Part shown: positions 24,343 through 34,374 of the stretch, in pieces
Layout: every line of letters begins with the position of its first letter
Position numbering within the stretch: position 1 is the first letter of the stretch
Source: Clostridia bacterium
GTDB taxonomy: Bacteria > Bacillota > Clostridia > Christensenellales > Aristaeellaceae
Assembly: GCA_017534885.1 (NCBI GenBank)
Contig: JAFXVR010000029.1
Location: 6,245-70,244, forward strand
Direction: 5' to 3'
DNA: 64,000 nucleotides
Translations under genes and position numbers: made by a program
Notes under the pieces: model-generated
The model's database searches: none
The model's input: the letters and a program-made list of their open reading frames with translations, nothing else
What the model was told of the DNA's origin: nothing

Positions 24343-26517
24343 TCATTCCTGTCTCACCCGGTAAATCGCCGCTTCCTCGTTCTCGAACACCTTTTCAAAC
24401 AGGGGATCGAAGTCCTCCTCGTACATGCCGTACTTGGAGCGCTCGCTGCCGGAGAGGAGGATGTAGTCAACGCTGTACTTGTCCAGCACGTCCTGACGCT
24501 CGGACGGATTCAGGTAGAAGGCCTGGATGTCGGCGCTGGTTTCAGCGGTGTCGAAGCCGTGCCAGTAGAGCCACAGGCCGGCCCCGGCGCAGACGGTCTG
24601 GCGGCCGGCCAGGGCGGAGACGGGGTTCAGGTGATTGTCCGGGTTGGAGATGAAGCGCGCGTCCTCCCCGGTGTTCTCCTTCACCCACTCGGCTACGGCG
24701 GCCTGGCTCCTGCTGAAGGCCTGGTAGCGGGAGACGCACTCCCGCCAGAGGGTCAGCCCCGCCGAAAGGAAGATCACCACCGCGGCGGCCCCGGCGATGA
24801 CCGGCCGCGCGCGCAGGTTTTTGAGGCGCTGCCACAGGCCGCGCATCCAGTCCGCCGCCACCATGGCCGAGAGCATCCAGGCCAGGTAGAGCACCTTGTT
24901 GTTGTCGTACTCGTTGGGCTGGAAGCGGATCAGCTCGGCGGCGAGGACCATCAGCGCCGCGCCGGAGAGGATGCGCCGCCAGGCGGGCCTGCGCTCAAAG
25001 GCCGCGAGAATCAGCGCGGCGAAGGGCAGGCCGATGTTCTTCAGGTAGAACCAGAGGTAGAAGTCCCACATGCCGGCGCCGCCCCGGCTTCCGCCCCGGT
25101 GGTTGACCCAGTTGAACTGCAGGGTGAGAAAGCTGTGGCTGCTGCCCTCCTGGAAGGTCTGCCGGAAGGTGGAGAGCATCAGCTGCGGCGCGGCCAGAAG
25201 CAGGGCCAGCCCGGCGTACACCAGGTAATGCCCCACCAGCGCGCCCTCGGGCAGTCGGTAGCCCAGGGCGATGGAGCAGGCCAGGCCGAGGACGGAGAGA
25301 ATCAGCGCCATCAGGCTGACGATGACCACCGCGTTCATCCAGCCGCCCTGGGGGAAGTAGAGCCCCAGCAGCGCCAGGCTGACGGGCAGGGCAAGAGCCG
25401 AGAGCGCGGCGGCGGGCTTCAGGGCGGGTTTGAGCCAGCGGCCCTCGTGCCAGAGATCGTAGATCAGCATGCCCGCGCTGCACAGGCCGAGGGCGAGGAA
25501 GGAGTGGGTGTGCACCAGCGGCAGGGCGCCGGCCCAGAGCCCCAGCAGGATGACCGGCCTGAGGCCGCCGCCCTCCCCGCGCTTGCGCGGATCGAAGGCC
25601 ATGTACAGCAGGTAGAAGCAGGGGATCACCAGGCAGTACCCGCCCAGGAGCGTCCGCTGGGGAATCAGCAGGTCGGCGATCAGATTGCTCCAGCGCAGGT
25701 TGTGGGGGTCGGGCTGGTTGGTGGGCGTCTTGTAATAGCCTTCCAATATATATGCCAGCCGGTTCAGCACGTTCAGCCGTCCGCTCTCGTCATAGCCCGC
25801 GGCCAGGTCGAAATCGTAGAGGAAGCCCAGTCCGCCGTTCAGGAAGAAGAGCAGGGCTGCCAGCGCCGCCGCCCTGGGGGAGGAAGTCATCTCCCGGCCC
25901 AGGAGCATCACGCCCAGATAGCACAGCGCCATCATCAGCGTGCCGGGCAGGATGACCGAGAGCTGGAGGGAGAAATCAAAGAGGTAGAAGGTGGTCGAGA
26001 GGGTGTCCGTCAGGTAGGGATAGGACAGCTGATGCCCCGGGAAGAAGGGGTATTCCGGCGGAAAGGCCGCGTTTTTCAGCCCGGTGATGAAGCTCAGGTG
26101 CATGGGCAGGTCGCCGTAGGTGCTCTGGCCCACATAGAGATTGCCCATCTTGTCGCTCCGCAGGGTGTGGGTGTACTGCAGATAGCCCCCCAGCACCGTC
26201 AGCGGCACGCAGACCAGAACCAGCGGGATCAGGAAGCGCCGCTCCTCCGCGTCAAAAGCCCGCTTCTCCCGCCTGTCCCGGGCCAGGAAGCAGCATCCGG
26301 TGATGCCCGCCAGCGGGATCAGCGAGACCAGATGCGCCGCCAGCGAAAACTTCAGCAGGTGCGCGCAGAGCGCCGGCAGCCACATCAAAAGCAGCAGCCC
26401 CAGGCAAAGCCCCAGCCACACCCGCGTCAGCGCCCTGTGCCGCGGCAGAAGCCAGTCCACACAGGCCACCCCCGCGCAAAGATACACCGCCAAAAGCAGA
26501 AGACCAAGTACAGGCAT
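24343..26517 (-). CDS. large polytopic membrane protein with a soluble C-terminal domain (GT-C-like glycosyltransferase architecture; family not assigned)
   Basis: Start trimmed to MPVLGLLLLAVYL (GGGAGGAAAA RBS). It has more than 12 hydrophobic segments over ~560 aa, followed by a hydrophilic ~150-aa tail. It sits next to the LCP gene. Confidence 0.55.
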   Translation of the reverse strand: MPVLGLLLLAVYLCAGVACVDWLLPRHRALTRVWLGLCLGLLLLMWLPALCAHLLKFSLAAHLVSLIPLAGITGCCFLARDRREKRAFDAEERRFLIPLVLVCVPLTVLGGYLQYTHTLRSDKMGNLYVGQSTYGDLPMHLSFITGLKNAAFPPEYPFFPGHQLSYPYLTDTLSTTFYLFDFSLQLSVILPGTLMMALCYLGVMLLGREMTSSPRAAALAALLFFLNGGLGFLYDFDLAAGYDESGRLNVLNRLAYILEGYYKTPTNQPDPHNLRWSNLIADLLIPQRTLLGGYCLVIPCFYLLYMAFDPRKRGEGGGLRPVILLGLWAGALPLVHTHSFLALGLCSAGMLIYDLWHEGRWLKPALKPAAALSALALPVSLALLGLYFPQGGWMNAVVIVSLMALILSVLGLACSIALGYRLPEGALVGHYLVYAGLALLLAAPQLMLSTFRQTFQEGSSHSFLTLQFNWVNHRGGSRGGAGMWDFYLWFYLKNIGLPFAALILAAFERRPAWRRILSGAALMVLAAELIRFQPNEYDNNKVLYLAWMLSAMVAADWMRGLWQRLKNLRARPVIAGAAAVVIFLSAGLTLWRECVSRYQAFSRSQAAVAEWVKENTGEDARFISNPDNHLNPVSALAGRQTVCAGAGLWLYWHGFDTAETSADIQAFYLNPSERQDVLDKYSVDYILLSGSERSKYGMYEEDFDPLFEKVFENEEAAIYRVRQE

Positions 26518-26534
26518 TTTTCCTCCCGGTGATT

Positions 26535-26620
26535 GGGGGGAAGGGAAAACCCCTTCTTGAAAGAAGATGTTTTCCCTTCCCCCCAAACCCCCTATCCTTT
26601 TCCTCAAGAACTTTTACCGA
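26535..26620. repeat. family D long-hairpin element (copy D2), directly upstream of the large membrane-protein start
   Basis: GGGGGGAAGGGAAAACCCCTTCTTGAAAGAAGATGTTTTCCCTTCCCCCC followed by AAACCCCCTATCCTTTTCCTCAAGAACTTTTACCGA. It has the same orientation relative to the downstream gene as D1. Confidence 0.85.
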
Positions 26621-26640
26621 AAGGGGTTTGGGGTGTTTTT

Positions 26641-27816
26641 TTATTTTGATGGATAATAATTCCCATAGATGAAGTAATGCAGCGCCTCAATATTCGTCTG
26701 CCAGTTCTTTGTACTGAGGGTCACCACGCTGGAGCCGGATTCGGTGTGGGCGTAGGAGTAGGTTTTGTCCATGGGGATGCGGAACTGCTGGAAGACCTCG
26801 CCGCCCTCCTGCAGCCTGCTCACCATGTCGGTGCGCATCACAGTCATCACCAGGCTCATCACGGTCTGGCCGTTCATGTCGGTGATCATGTAGGGCAGGG
26901 CGGAGGACACCAGGTCCATCAGCTTGTTGAGGTTCAGGTCCTGCAGCACCTTGGCGGCCAGCAGCTCCAGCAGGTGCCTCTGGCGCTGGGTGCGCACAAA
27001 GTCGTTGTCGATGCCGCGCAGGCGGGCGTACATCAGCGCCTGAATGCCGTCGCAGTGCACCACATACTTTTCGGTCTTGGGGATGCTCTTGTTGACGGGC
27101 AGGGGATCGCGGCTGGCGTTGCCCTTCACGTCATAGGTCATCTTCTTGCCGTTCTTTTTGAGGTAGGCGTTGATGGCGTTGGCCTCGATGCGCGTCACGT
27201 CGATGTCGATGCCGCCCAGGCTGTCGATGATCGACGCCACGCCGTAGAAGTTCACCGCCACATAGTGATCTACGTTCAGATCAAAATTGTGGTTGATGGT
27301 GCGCATGGCCAGCTGGCCGCCGCCCCGGTTGTAGGCCGCGTTCAGCTTGGCGCGGCTGCGGTAGCCGGGAATCTCCACATACAGATCCCGCAGGAAGCTG
27401 GACAGGGTCACCGCGCCCGTCTCCGTGTTGATGGACAGCAGGATGTTGGTGTCGCCGTGCAGCAGGTTGGAATCAGCCCGGATGTCGGTGGCATGGGTGT
27501 CCACGCCGATCAGCAGGATGTTGATCACATGGGAGGGCAGGTTGGGGTTGATCTCGAGGTCATTCGGGTTAACGCTCTCGTCCCGCTCGAGGTTTTCCAG
27601 GTTGTCAATGGTCTCCTGGACGGTGTCCTCCTCGAAAAAACTGTCCCAGTCGAAGTCGTCGGCGTCAAAGTCCGGCAGCTCCTCCTCGTCCAGCTCATCC
27701 AGGTTGACGTCCTCCACGATGATGGTCAGGTCGTCCTCCTCATCCTCCGCCGCCGCGCAAACCACAGGCAGGCAGATCACCAGCGCCAGCACCAGCGCCA
27801 TCAGCCGTTTCAGCAT
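26641..27816 (-). CDS. LytR-CpsA-Psr (LCP) family cell-wall glycopolymer ligase
   Basis: Start trimmed to MLKRLMALVLALVICLPVV (GGAGGG RBS). LCP core: INILLIGVDT...GDTNILLSIN...SFLRDLYVEIPG...KLNAAY..GG..LAMRTINHNFDLNVDHYVAVNF.G...IDSLGGIDIDV. Confidence 0.85.
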   Translation of the reverse strand: MLKRLMALVLALVICLPVVCAAAEDEEDDLTIIVEDVNLDELDEEELPDFDADDFDWDSFFEEDTVQETIDNLENLERDESVNPNDLEINPNLPSHVINILLIGVDTHATDIRADSNLLHGDTNILLSINTETGAVTLSSFLRDLYVEIPGYRSRAKLNAAYNRGGGQLAMRTINHNFDLNVDHYVAVNFYGVASIIDSLGGIDIDVTRIEANAINAYLKKNGKKMTYDVKGNASRDPLPVNKSIPKTEKYVVHCDGIQALMYARLRGIDNDFVRTQRQRHLLELLAAKVLQDLNLNKLMDLVSSALPYMITDMNGQTVMSLVMTVMRTDMVSRLQEGGEVFQQFRIPMDKTYSYAHTESGSSVVTLSTKNWQTNIEALHYFIYGNYYPSK

Positions 27817-27986
27817 GCTTGTCCCTCCGCTTGTCATCATTTGGGCATACAGCCACAAGTATATTATAGCCGGAAGTGGTGGGGAATGCAAGGCGGGGGG
27901 AAGGAATGAATAATCAATACTGAAGACTGAAGACTGAAGAATTTAAGCGGCTGAGGTTGGAGGCTGAAGGAAGCTGAAGCCATCCC

Positions 27987-30900
27987 TCACCCCTCCCCCA
28001 GCAGCGCCCGGACATCCTCCTCCGTCAGCGCCCCCAGCGGGTGCTCTCCTGCCGTCACCAGCTGATCGAACAGCGCCCGCTTCTTTTCACCTAAGGCCAG
28101 GACGCGCTCCTCGATGGTGTCGTGGGTCACCAGGCGGAGAACGCTCACCTTGCGGGTCTGGCCGATGCGGTGAGCGCGGTCGGTGGCCTGGTCTTCCACG
28201 GCGGGGTTCCACCAGGGGTCGAAGTGGATGACCGTGTCGGCGCCGGTCAGGTTCAAGCCGGTGCCGCCGGCCTTCAGGGAGATCAGGAAAACATCGCCCT
28301 CGCCGCGGTTGAAGCGCTCGCACAGGGGCAGGCGCTCGGCGGCGGGGGTGTCGCCGTCCAGGTAGAGGCAGTGCCAGCCCGCGGCCTGCAGGGGCCTGAG
28401 CAGGAGGCGCAGCATGCGGGTGAACTGGGAGAAGAGCAGCACCCGGTGCCCCGAGGCGATGGCGCCGGGCAGCAGGTCCAGCAGCAGGTCCGTCTTGCCC
28501 GAGGAGCCCACATAATCGTCCAGCACCAGGGCGGGATGGCAGCAGATTTCCCGCAGCTCGGTCAGGGCGGAGAGCACCTCCAGCTGGCCGCGGCTGAGGC
28601 CCTTGCGGCTCAGCACGCCGCTGACGCGCTCCCGCAGGCGGCTCAGGGCGGCGGCGTACACCCGCTGCTGCTCCGGCGGCATGGCGGCGGTCAGCACCGT
28701 CTCCAGCTTGTCCGGCAGCTCGGGCAGCACATCGGTCTTCAGCCGCCGGAGCAGGAAAGGCTCGATGCGGCGCTTCAGCTCCCCCAGGCGCTCCCCGTCC
28801 TGATAGCGGCGCAGGAAGGCCGGATAGGTGCCCAGGTAGCCCGGCAGCGCGTAGTCAAAGATGGACCAGAGCTCGCCCGGGTGATTCTCCATGGGTGTGC
28901 CGGTGAGGGCGAAGCGGGTGCGGGCGCTGAGCTGCCGCGCCGCCTGGGAGCCCACGCTCCCGGCGTTTTTGATGTGCTGCGCCTCGTCCAGCACCGCCAG
29001 GCGGAAGTCCATGACGCGCATCAGGCCGATGTCCCGGCGCAGCAGGGGGTAGGAGGTGATCAGCACATCGACGCCGCCGCTGCGGTTCAGCTCCCGGAGG
29101 GTGGCGGCCCGCTGCTCCTGGGTGCCCGAGAGCACCCGCGCCCTCAGCTCGGGGGCAAAGCGTCTGAATTCGCTGAGCCAGTTGTAGGTCAGGGAGGTGG
29201 GCGCCACCACCAGGGAGAGGGGGCCGCCCTCCTCGGCCTTCAGCCGCTTCAGCAGGGCGATAACCTGCACCGTCTTGCCCAGGCCCATGTCGTCGGCTAA
29301 AACGCCGCCCATGCGCAGGCGATCCAGGGTGGTCAGCCACTCATAGCCGCGCTGCTGATAGGGCCGCAGGTCGAGGCCCTCCGGCGGCGGCATCACGGCA
29401 GAAGCGGGGTCGCGCAGGGCCCGCAGGGCTTCTATCATCTGATCGTCCTGCTGCACGGGCAGACCGCTGTCCTCCAGCAGCGCCGAGAGCAGCACGGCCC
29501 GGAAGGCGCTGACCCGGAGCGCTCCGTCGGGGAGCAGCTCCTCCTCCGGCCCGGTCTCGGTCAGGGCCTCGGCCAGTGGCTCCCAGCCCTCCAGGCCGCT
29601 CAGGTCGAGGAAGGCGCCGTCCTTCAGCCGGAAGTAGCGCCGGCGGCGGGCCAGGGCTTCCATGATCCCCCGCACGTCGGGCAGGGGCTCCTCCTCATCG
29701 CTCAGCAGGAAGTCCAGCACGGAGCCGTGGAGGCGCATCTGTCCGCCAAGACGCGGCCGTCTGGGCGTCATCCGGCGGAACTCCGAGCTGGCGAAGACCT
29801 CCGCCGCCTCGCCCAGCTGGGTGATGCCCTCGGTCATGAAGGCAAAAATGCGCTCGGCGCCGCTCAGGTAGACCCGGCCGCCGCGCACGGAAAAGCCCGA
29901 GGCCGCCAGCAGGTCGAGGACCTTCCGCTCGCCCGCCGCGTCCCGCAGCAGCAGCTTTTCCCCGGGCTGAAGGGCCTGGCGCTGCCGCACGGGGGCGAAG
30001 GGGTCCAGCTCCTGCTCGCCGTAGAGGAAGCGGGTGCGCACGGTAATGTCCTCGCCGTCCCGGTCGATGTACACCTGGGCCTTCAGCCCGCGGCGCTCCA
30101 CCAGCCGCTCCACCTGGGGGCTGATTTCCACGGTGGCCATCAGCTGCAGATAGGGGATCAGCCGGGTGATGGCCTCGGGGGAATCCGTCACGGAAAAGGC
30201 GTACTCGGCCCGGCCCAGCCGCAGATCGCCCCAGAGCTTTTCCAGCAGCGGGCGCTGATCGCCCCGGATCTGAACGCATTCCCGCCCCAGCAGCGCCCAG
30301 CCGCAGTCCGCCGTCAGCGGATAAAAGCCCGGGTGAATCAGGCCGGTGATCATCAGCCCGTGGAGGCTGCCCTCCACCCGGAAGTGCAGGGGCACCCGGG
30401 CCTGAAGCACCCGCGCCACCTCCAGCGGCGGCCGGTTTTCCACCTCCAGGCGGAAGGACAGGGCTCGCAGGCGCTCGAAGAGCTGATTCAGCCACTCCCC
30501 GGGGATGGGCAGCTCCCGCATGACGGCGGTGGAGCGCGGCGGCTGAAAGGCCAGCAGGCCGCGGCAAAAGTCCAGCAGCGCCTGGGTAGGCGGGTCGGGG
30601 CGCATCCAGCCCGGCTGAAGGGTGAAATGCTTGCCGAAGCGCAGGGGCTCCGCGCCGCGCAGGGCGTCCAGGAACTGCGGCAGGGAGCGCACCGCGTAGA
30701 GCCGCTCCTCCCCCGCCTTCAGCGAGAGGGAAGCCTCTCCGGAAGCGCTCAGGCGCAGGGTCGGCTGAATGTGCAGGCTGCCCTCCACCGGTGTGGCCGC
30801 GTCCGGCAGCGCCAAAAGGCCGGGGGCGTCCGCCATGGCCCGCCGCCGCCGCTGAATCTCCATCTGGCCGGCGCTCAGGGCCGCCAGGCAGGCCGCCGCC

Positions 30901-31115
30901 TGGTGCGCGCAGAGGCCGCCGGGATTCCCGCCGCAGCCGCAGGGCAGGGGCGCTCCGCGCTCCACGGCCACCTCAACACCTTCCGGCCCCACGGCATACA
31001 CGCACCGGGTGTCCGTGCGCTGCTTCTCCCGCACCTGGCCCGCCTGAAAAAGGCGCTCGCCCGCCTCATAGCTGTCGCCCGCCTGCTGCCTGATCAGCTC
31101 ATCCAGCCGCGTCAT
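27987..31115 (-). CDS. SNF2-family helicase with N-terminal SWIM zinc finger (YwqA-like)
   Basis: Start trimmed to MTRLDELIRQQ (AGGAGG RBS). SWIM-like C-x-C...C-x-H (LPCGCGGNPGGLCAHQ). SNF2 motifs are LADDMGLGKT, DEAQHIKN and LTGTPMEN. Helicase-C motifs are LLFSQF, GGTGLNLTGADTVIHFDPWWNP and DRAHRIGQ. Confidence 0.85.
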   Translation of the reverse strand: MTRLDELIRQQAGDSYEAGERLFQAGQVREKQRTDTRCVYAVGPEGVEVAVERGAPLPCGCGGNPGGLCAHQAAACLAALSAGQMEIQRRRRAMADAPGLLALPDAATPVEGSLHIQPTLRLSASGEASLSLKAGEERLYAVRSLPQFLDALRGAEPLRFGKHFTLQPGWMRPDPPTQALLDFCRGLLAFQPPRSTAVMRELPIPGEWLNQLFERLRALSFRLEVENRPPLEVARVLQARVPLHFRVEGSLHGLMITGLIHPGFYPLTADCGWALLGRECVQIRGDQRPLLEKLWGDLRLGRAEYAFSVTDSPEAITRLIPYLQLMATVEISPQVERLVERRGLKAQVYIDRDGEDITVRTRFLYGEQELDPFAPVRQRQALQPGEKLLLRDAAGERKVLDLLAASGFSVRGGRVYLSGAERIFAFMTEGITQLGEAAEVFASSEFRRMTPRRPRLGGQMRLHGSVLDFLLSDEEEPLPDVRGIMEALARRRRYFRLKDGAFLDLSGLEGWEPLAEALTETGPEEELLPDGALRVSAFRAVLLSALLEDSGLPVQQDDQMIEALRALRDPASAVMPPPEGLDLRPYQQRGYEWLTTLDRLRMGGVLADDMGLGKTVQVIALLKRLKAEEGGPLSLVVAPTSLTYNWLSEFRRFAPELRARVLSGTQEQRAATLRELNRSGGVDVLITSYPLLRRDIGLMRVMDFRLAVLDEAQHIKNAGSVGSQAARQLSARTRFALTGTPMENHPGELWSIFDYALPGYLGTYPAFLRRYQDGERLGELKRRIEPFLLRRLKTDVLPELPDKLETVLTAAMPPEQQRVYAAALSRLRERVSGVLSRKGLSRGQLEVLSALTELREICCHPALVLDDYVGSSGKTDLLLDLLPGAIASGHRVLLFSQFTRMLRLLLRPLQAAGWHCLYLDGDTPAAERLPLCERFNRGEGDVFLISLKAGGTGLNLTGADTVIHFDPWWNPAVEDQATDRAHRIGQTRKVSVLRLVTHDTIEERVLALGEKKRALFDQLVTAGEHPLGALTEEDVRALLGEG

Positions 31116-31300
31116 CGCCCGACCTCCTGAAAAATGCAGAGAAATACCCGAGGGTCCAGGGCGACCGGAAAGCCCTGGCCGTCGCCCGCAGGCGGCGAAT
31201 CCCCCATGAACAGGAACAAACGCCGGCAGAAGCGATCGCTTCCGCAAAAAAGATTTGAATATATATCATTCGCTGTACGGAGGCCGAATTCCTGCACGCA

Positions 31301-31352
31301 AAACAAAAAGGCAGCCGGGCCGCTGGCAAAAAACCAGCCGTCCGGGCTGCCT
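31301..31352 (-). terminator. putative rho-independent terminator (nested hairpin + T-run on the minus strand)
   Basis: The minus strand reads GGCAGCCCGGACGGCTGGTTTTTTGCCAGCGGCCCGGCTGCCTTTTTGTTTTG. It lies between the 31.4-33.6 kb minus-strand genes and the SNF2 gene. Confidence 0.45.
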
Positions 31353-31589
31353 TCAGGCTCCCGCCTTACTCCACAATGCTGACCTTGTCCGCCAGCGCGT
31401 TCCGCACCGACGCGCCTGAAGCGGCGTTCGCCTCCGCGGCGTCACGGCACATGCAAACAGTCTGTGAAGAAATTTTGAACATTGGGGCGCGTGCAGGAAA
31501 ACCCTTCACTGTTCCGTTGTTTCTGTCATGATTCCCCACCGGATTCCGAAGCGATCCACAAAAACCACCCGGGCTGAACTGTAAAAGGT

Positions 31590-31709
31590 GGTAAGGGTGA
31601 CAAAAGGGCGCTTTCAACCTTAGAGCCACGACTGGTTGTGGTGATTTCCGCTGTCTTCCACAACCAGTCGTGGCTCAGTTCATGAAAGCGGCCTTTTGAC
31701 ATCCGAATC
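31590..31709. repeat. family B element (copy B5, reverse orientation)
   Basis: GGTAAGGGTGACAAAAGGGCGCTTTCAACCTTAGAGCCACGACTGGTTGTGGTGATTTCCGCTGTCTTCCACAACCAGTCGTGGCTCAGTTCATGAAAGCGGCCTTTTGACATCCGAATC. Confidence 0.9.
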
Positions 31710-31860
31710 AAAAGGCTGCTTCCAGCGGATAGATCATGTTGCTGTCTTCCTTCATCACTTCCCAGGCGGCAGCCACCTCTTCCTTCGTATCCATCATGAC
31801 TGTCAGGAAACAGGTAAAGCAGACCTCAAACTGCAAATTCAGCGTTGGAACGAACAGCAT
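31708..31860 (-). CDS. possible 50-aa small protein (not in the ORF track)
   Basis: Manual translation gives MLFVPTLNLQFEVCFTCFLTVMMDTKEEVAAAWEVMKEDSNMIYPLEAAF, with a GGGGAGG RBS 9 nt upstream. It lies directly downstream of 31901..32773, and its stop abuts repeat B5. Confidence 0.3.
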   Translation of the reverse strand: MLFVPTLNLQFEVCFTCFLTVMMDTKEEVAAAWEVMKEDSNMIYPLEAAF

Positions 31861-31900
31861 CGGTCTGTCGCCTCCCCGTCAGGTTTCTCACCTTCAGCCC

Positions 31901-32773
31901 TCACTCCTCCGCCATACAGGCGTACAGGGTCACCCACTTGTTCTCCTCGCCCACGTTCCCGGCCTTGAAGGCCGGCACGCTCTTGGAGGCCGTCAGGACG
32001 TACCTGCCGCTTTCCAGCCTGTGCTGACGCAGCACCCGGTATCCGGCCTGCATGGCCTCGGACTCCGGCGCGCAGCCCAGGGCCCGCAGGGCGTAGACGA
32101 TCTGGTGCGCGCCGATCTTGATGGGGTCGGGGGGATAGAAGGTACCCAGCATCACGTCCACCATGGGCGTCACCATGTCGTCCGTCCGGTAGAAGATGTT
32201 GCGCTTGGTGAAGTAGTGGGTCAGCGCGCCCTCGCAGGCCGCCGGGCAGCCCTGCAGGCGCAGCTCGGCGCAGAGCAGCAGGTATTCCGCCGTCAGCCTG
32301 GCGCAGCTCTTGTGGGGCTTGCGCGGGTCGTTGATCTTCCTGTTGGTGCTGATGCACCCGAAGCCGCCGTCTTCCTTGATGCCGCCCAGCATCGCGGCGA
32401 TCTCGTCCTTCACGATGCCCTCCTGACCGTAGCCCAGCTTCACCAGGTTCCGGAGCAGCAGCGGCTCTCCGCAGAGCATCTTGAACCCCGTGCTCTCGAT
32501 CAGGCCAAAGACCTCGCCGTCGATATCCTTCCCGATGTCCGCCCGGGTCAGTCCCCACTCGGCCAGGGCCAGGATGGCGTCATACTTCGCCCAGTTCTTG
32601 GCCGTCCCGAGCTTTTTCAGCGCGCGCTCATATGTCTTGCTTTTCAGCAGCCGCGCCCTGCATTCCGCCGCCTCCGGGTCGTCCTCCGGCCGCTTCAGAT
32701 ACTCCTTCAGCGTCCGGAGCCTGACCTCCGGCGTGTCCTCCTCCAGCAGCCATGCCAGAATGGTTGAATCCAT
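31901..32773 (-). CDS. hypothetical protein, possibly alpha-alpha-toroid (prenyltransferase/terpene-cyclase repeat-like)
   Basis: Clean 290-aa ORF with non-repetitive composition. A single GGIKEDGGFGC motif resembles the Q..DGG(W/F)G repeat of prenyltransferase/squalene-cyclase folds. Otherwise unassigned. Confidence 0.45.
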   Translation of the reverse strand: MDSTILAWLLEEDTPEVRLRTLKEYLKRPEDDPEAAECRARLLKSKTYERALKKLGTAKNWAKYDAILALAEWGLTRADIGKDIDGEVFGLIESTGFKMLCGEPLLLRNLVKLGYGQEGIVKDEIAAMLGGIKEDGGFGCISTNRKINDPRKPHKSCARLTAEYLLLCAELRLQGCPAACEGALTHYFTKRNIFYRTDDMVTPMVDVMLGTFYPPDPIKIGAHQIVYALRALGCAPESEAMQAGYRVLRQHRLESGRYVLTASKSVPAFKAGNVGEENKWVTLYACMAEE

Positions 32774-32824
32774 CCTTCTCCTCCTCCCGATGGTTTGTGC
32801 GTCCCTGCGGCCTATCGCCGTTTC

Positions 32825-33625
32825 TCATTCCGCTTTCCGCCCCTGGATGATCAGGGAAAGAGGAAAACCACAACGGTCGATCGGGCCGAAACCGCCGCTG
32901 ATGTCGTGATCAAACTCCTGCAGGCCGGTCACAGCGATCCCATTGCCGCACATCCCGGAAACAATTTCCGACAGCGGATGGGTGTAGTCGGTAAAAGTCT
33001 TCGAGCGATACCGTTTCTGCGTCATGTAATACATGCCTTCATTGCTCGTCCATTCATGCTCAAAGTAGGAGTAAACGCACGCCGTTCTGTGCTCCGGGTC
33101 GAACAGTTCTTCGCCCTCCGCCGCGAGCATATTCGTGCAGGGGTGCTGTTCATTGATCACGATGCAGGCCCCCGGCTTCATGCATTTGGCGACGACGGCG
33201 AAAAAGCGGTTCAGATCGTCAAACCAGCAGAGCGCACCGATGGTGATGATCACCAGGTCAAACTGCTCCAGGAAGCGGTCATCGATATCGTAGATATTCA
33301 CCGCCTCAAAGGCGCAGTCCAGCTGCAGTTCCCTCGCCTTTGCGTTGGCGAACGCCACCTGGTTTTCGGCGATGTCAAAACCGATTCCCCTCTTTGCCCT
33401 GCCGCTTTTGACCAGGGAAAGCAGCTCCCGGCCGTTATTGCAGCAGAACTGGCCGATCACAGCGCCTTCCGTACGGAGCCCTTTCAGCACGCTTTTCGTT
33501 TCTTCGTTGAAGAACGGATAATCCTCCGTCCGGATGCGCTCTGTGACGTCGGCGCCCCAGGAGGCGTCCCTGTTTTCAAACGCCTCTTCCCATGCCGCTT
33601 TGTTTCCTTCGATATACTTCTCCAT
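32825..33625 (-). CDS. class I SAM-dependent methyltransferase
   Basis: Start trimmed to MEKYIEGNKAAWEE (GGGAGA RBS). Motif I-like VIGQFCCNNGRELL, post-I GFDIAENQV, and DLVIITIGALCWF. Confidence 0.7.
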   Translation of the reverse strand: MEKYIEGNKAAWEEAFENRDASWGADVTERIRTEDYPFFNEETKSVLKGLRTEGAVIGQFCCNNGRELLSLVKSGRAKRGIGFDIAENQVAFANAKARELQLDCAFEAVNIYDIDDRFLEQFDLVIITIGALCWFDDLNRFFAVVAKCMKPGACIVINEQHPCTNMLAAEGEELFDPEHRTACVYSYFEHEWTSNEGMYYMTQKRYRSKTFTDYTHPLSEIVSGMCGNGIAVTGLQEFDHDISGGFGPIDRCGFPLSLIIQGRKAE

Positions 33626-33777
33626 AAATCTCCCTGTCGATCTGTCCGCCTGTCTGAGGGATGAAAACGTACTGACCCTCTCCGCAGGGACGCCCACCGC
33701 AAAACCGGGACACCCGCAGGGAGCGCCCCGGCCTTGCCGCCGGTGGAGCGGAATTCCGCCTTGAATCAATCAGTAAT

Positions 33778-34314
33778 TCAGTAATTCTCCGCCCGCACCT
33801 CAAAGTAGCTCTGGGGATGATTGCACACGGGGCAGACCTCGGGGGCCTTTGTGCCCACGACGATGTGGCCGCAGTTGCGGCACTCCCACACCTTGACCTC
33901 GGACTTGGCGAAGACCTCCTGGGCCTGCACATTGCGCAGCAGGGCGCGGTAGCGCTCCTCGTGGGCCTTTTCGATCTGGCCGACGGCGCGGAATTTCGCG
34001 GCCAGCTCCGGGAAGCCCTCCTGCTCGGCGGTCACCGCGAAGCCCTCGTACATGTCGGTCCACTCGTAGTTCTCGCCGTCCGCGGCGGCCGCCAGGTTGT
34101 CGGCGGTGGAGCCGATGCCCTGCAGCTCCTTGAACCACATCTTGGCGTGTTCCTTCTCGTTGTCCGCCGTGTGCAGGAAGATGGCCGCGATCTGCTCAAA
34201 GCCCTCCTTCTTCGCCACGGACGCGAAATAGGTGTACTTGTTCCGGGCCTGGGATTCCCCCGCAAAGGCCGCCTGAAGGTTCTTTTCGGTCTGGGTTCCG
34301 GCATACCTGCTCAT
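33778..34314 (-). CDS. rbr: rubrerythrin
   Basis: Ferritin-like diiron motifs ([27 protein letters not shown]) plus a C-terminal rubredoxin CRNCG...CPVC. Confidence 0.9.
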   Translation of the reverse strand: MSRYAGTQTEKNLQAAFAGESQARNKYTYFASVAKKEGFEQIAAIFLHTADNEKEHAKMWFKELQGIGSTADNLAAAADGENYEWTDMYEGFAVTAEQEGFPELAAKFRAVGQIEKAHEERYRALLRNVQAQEVFAKSEVKVWECRNCGHIVVGTKAPEVCPVCNHPQSYFEVRAENY

Positions 34315-34374
34315 GGTCTGCGTCTCCTTTCACTTGATGCTGATTCCTCAGTTGATGCCCCGGTCAGGGCCGGC

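Noticed and set aside
31366-31452. A 28-codon ORF (MCRDAAEANAASGASVRNALADKVSIVE) upstream of the SNF2 terminator.
   Set aside because: It has no RBS and no recognisable motif. It sits inside a larger spurious ORF and is indistinguishable from chance in GC-rich DNA.
27987-33625. The SNF2 helicase plus a nearby methyltransferase as a DISARM/BREX-like defense locus.
   Set aside because: The helicase is the SWIM-SNF2 (YwqA-like) type that is widespread as a single housekeeping-type gene. The methyltransferase is a small class I enzyme without DNA-MTase motifs (no DPPY/NPPY or PC-ENV blocks seen). No PLD, DUF1998, PglZ or other partner genes are present.
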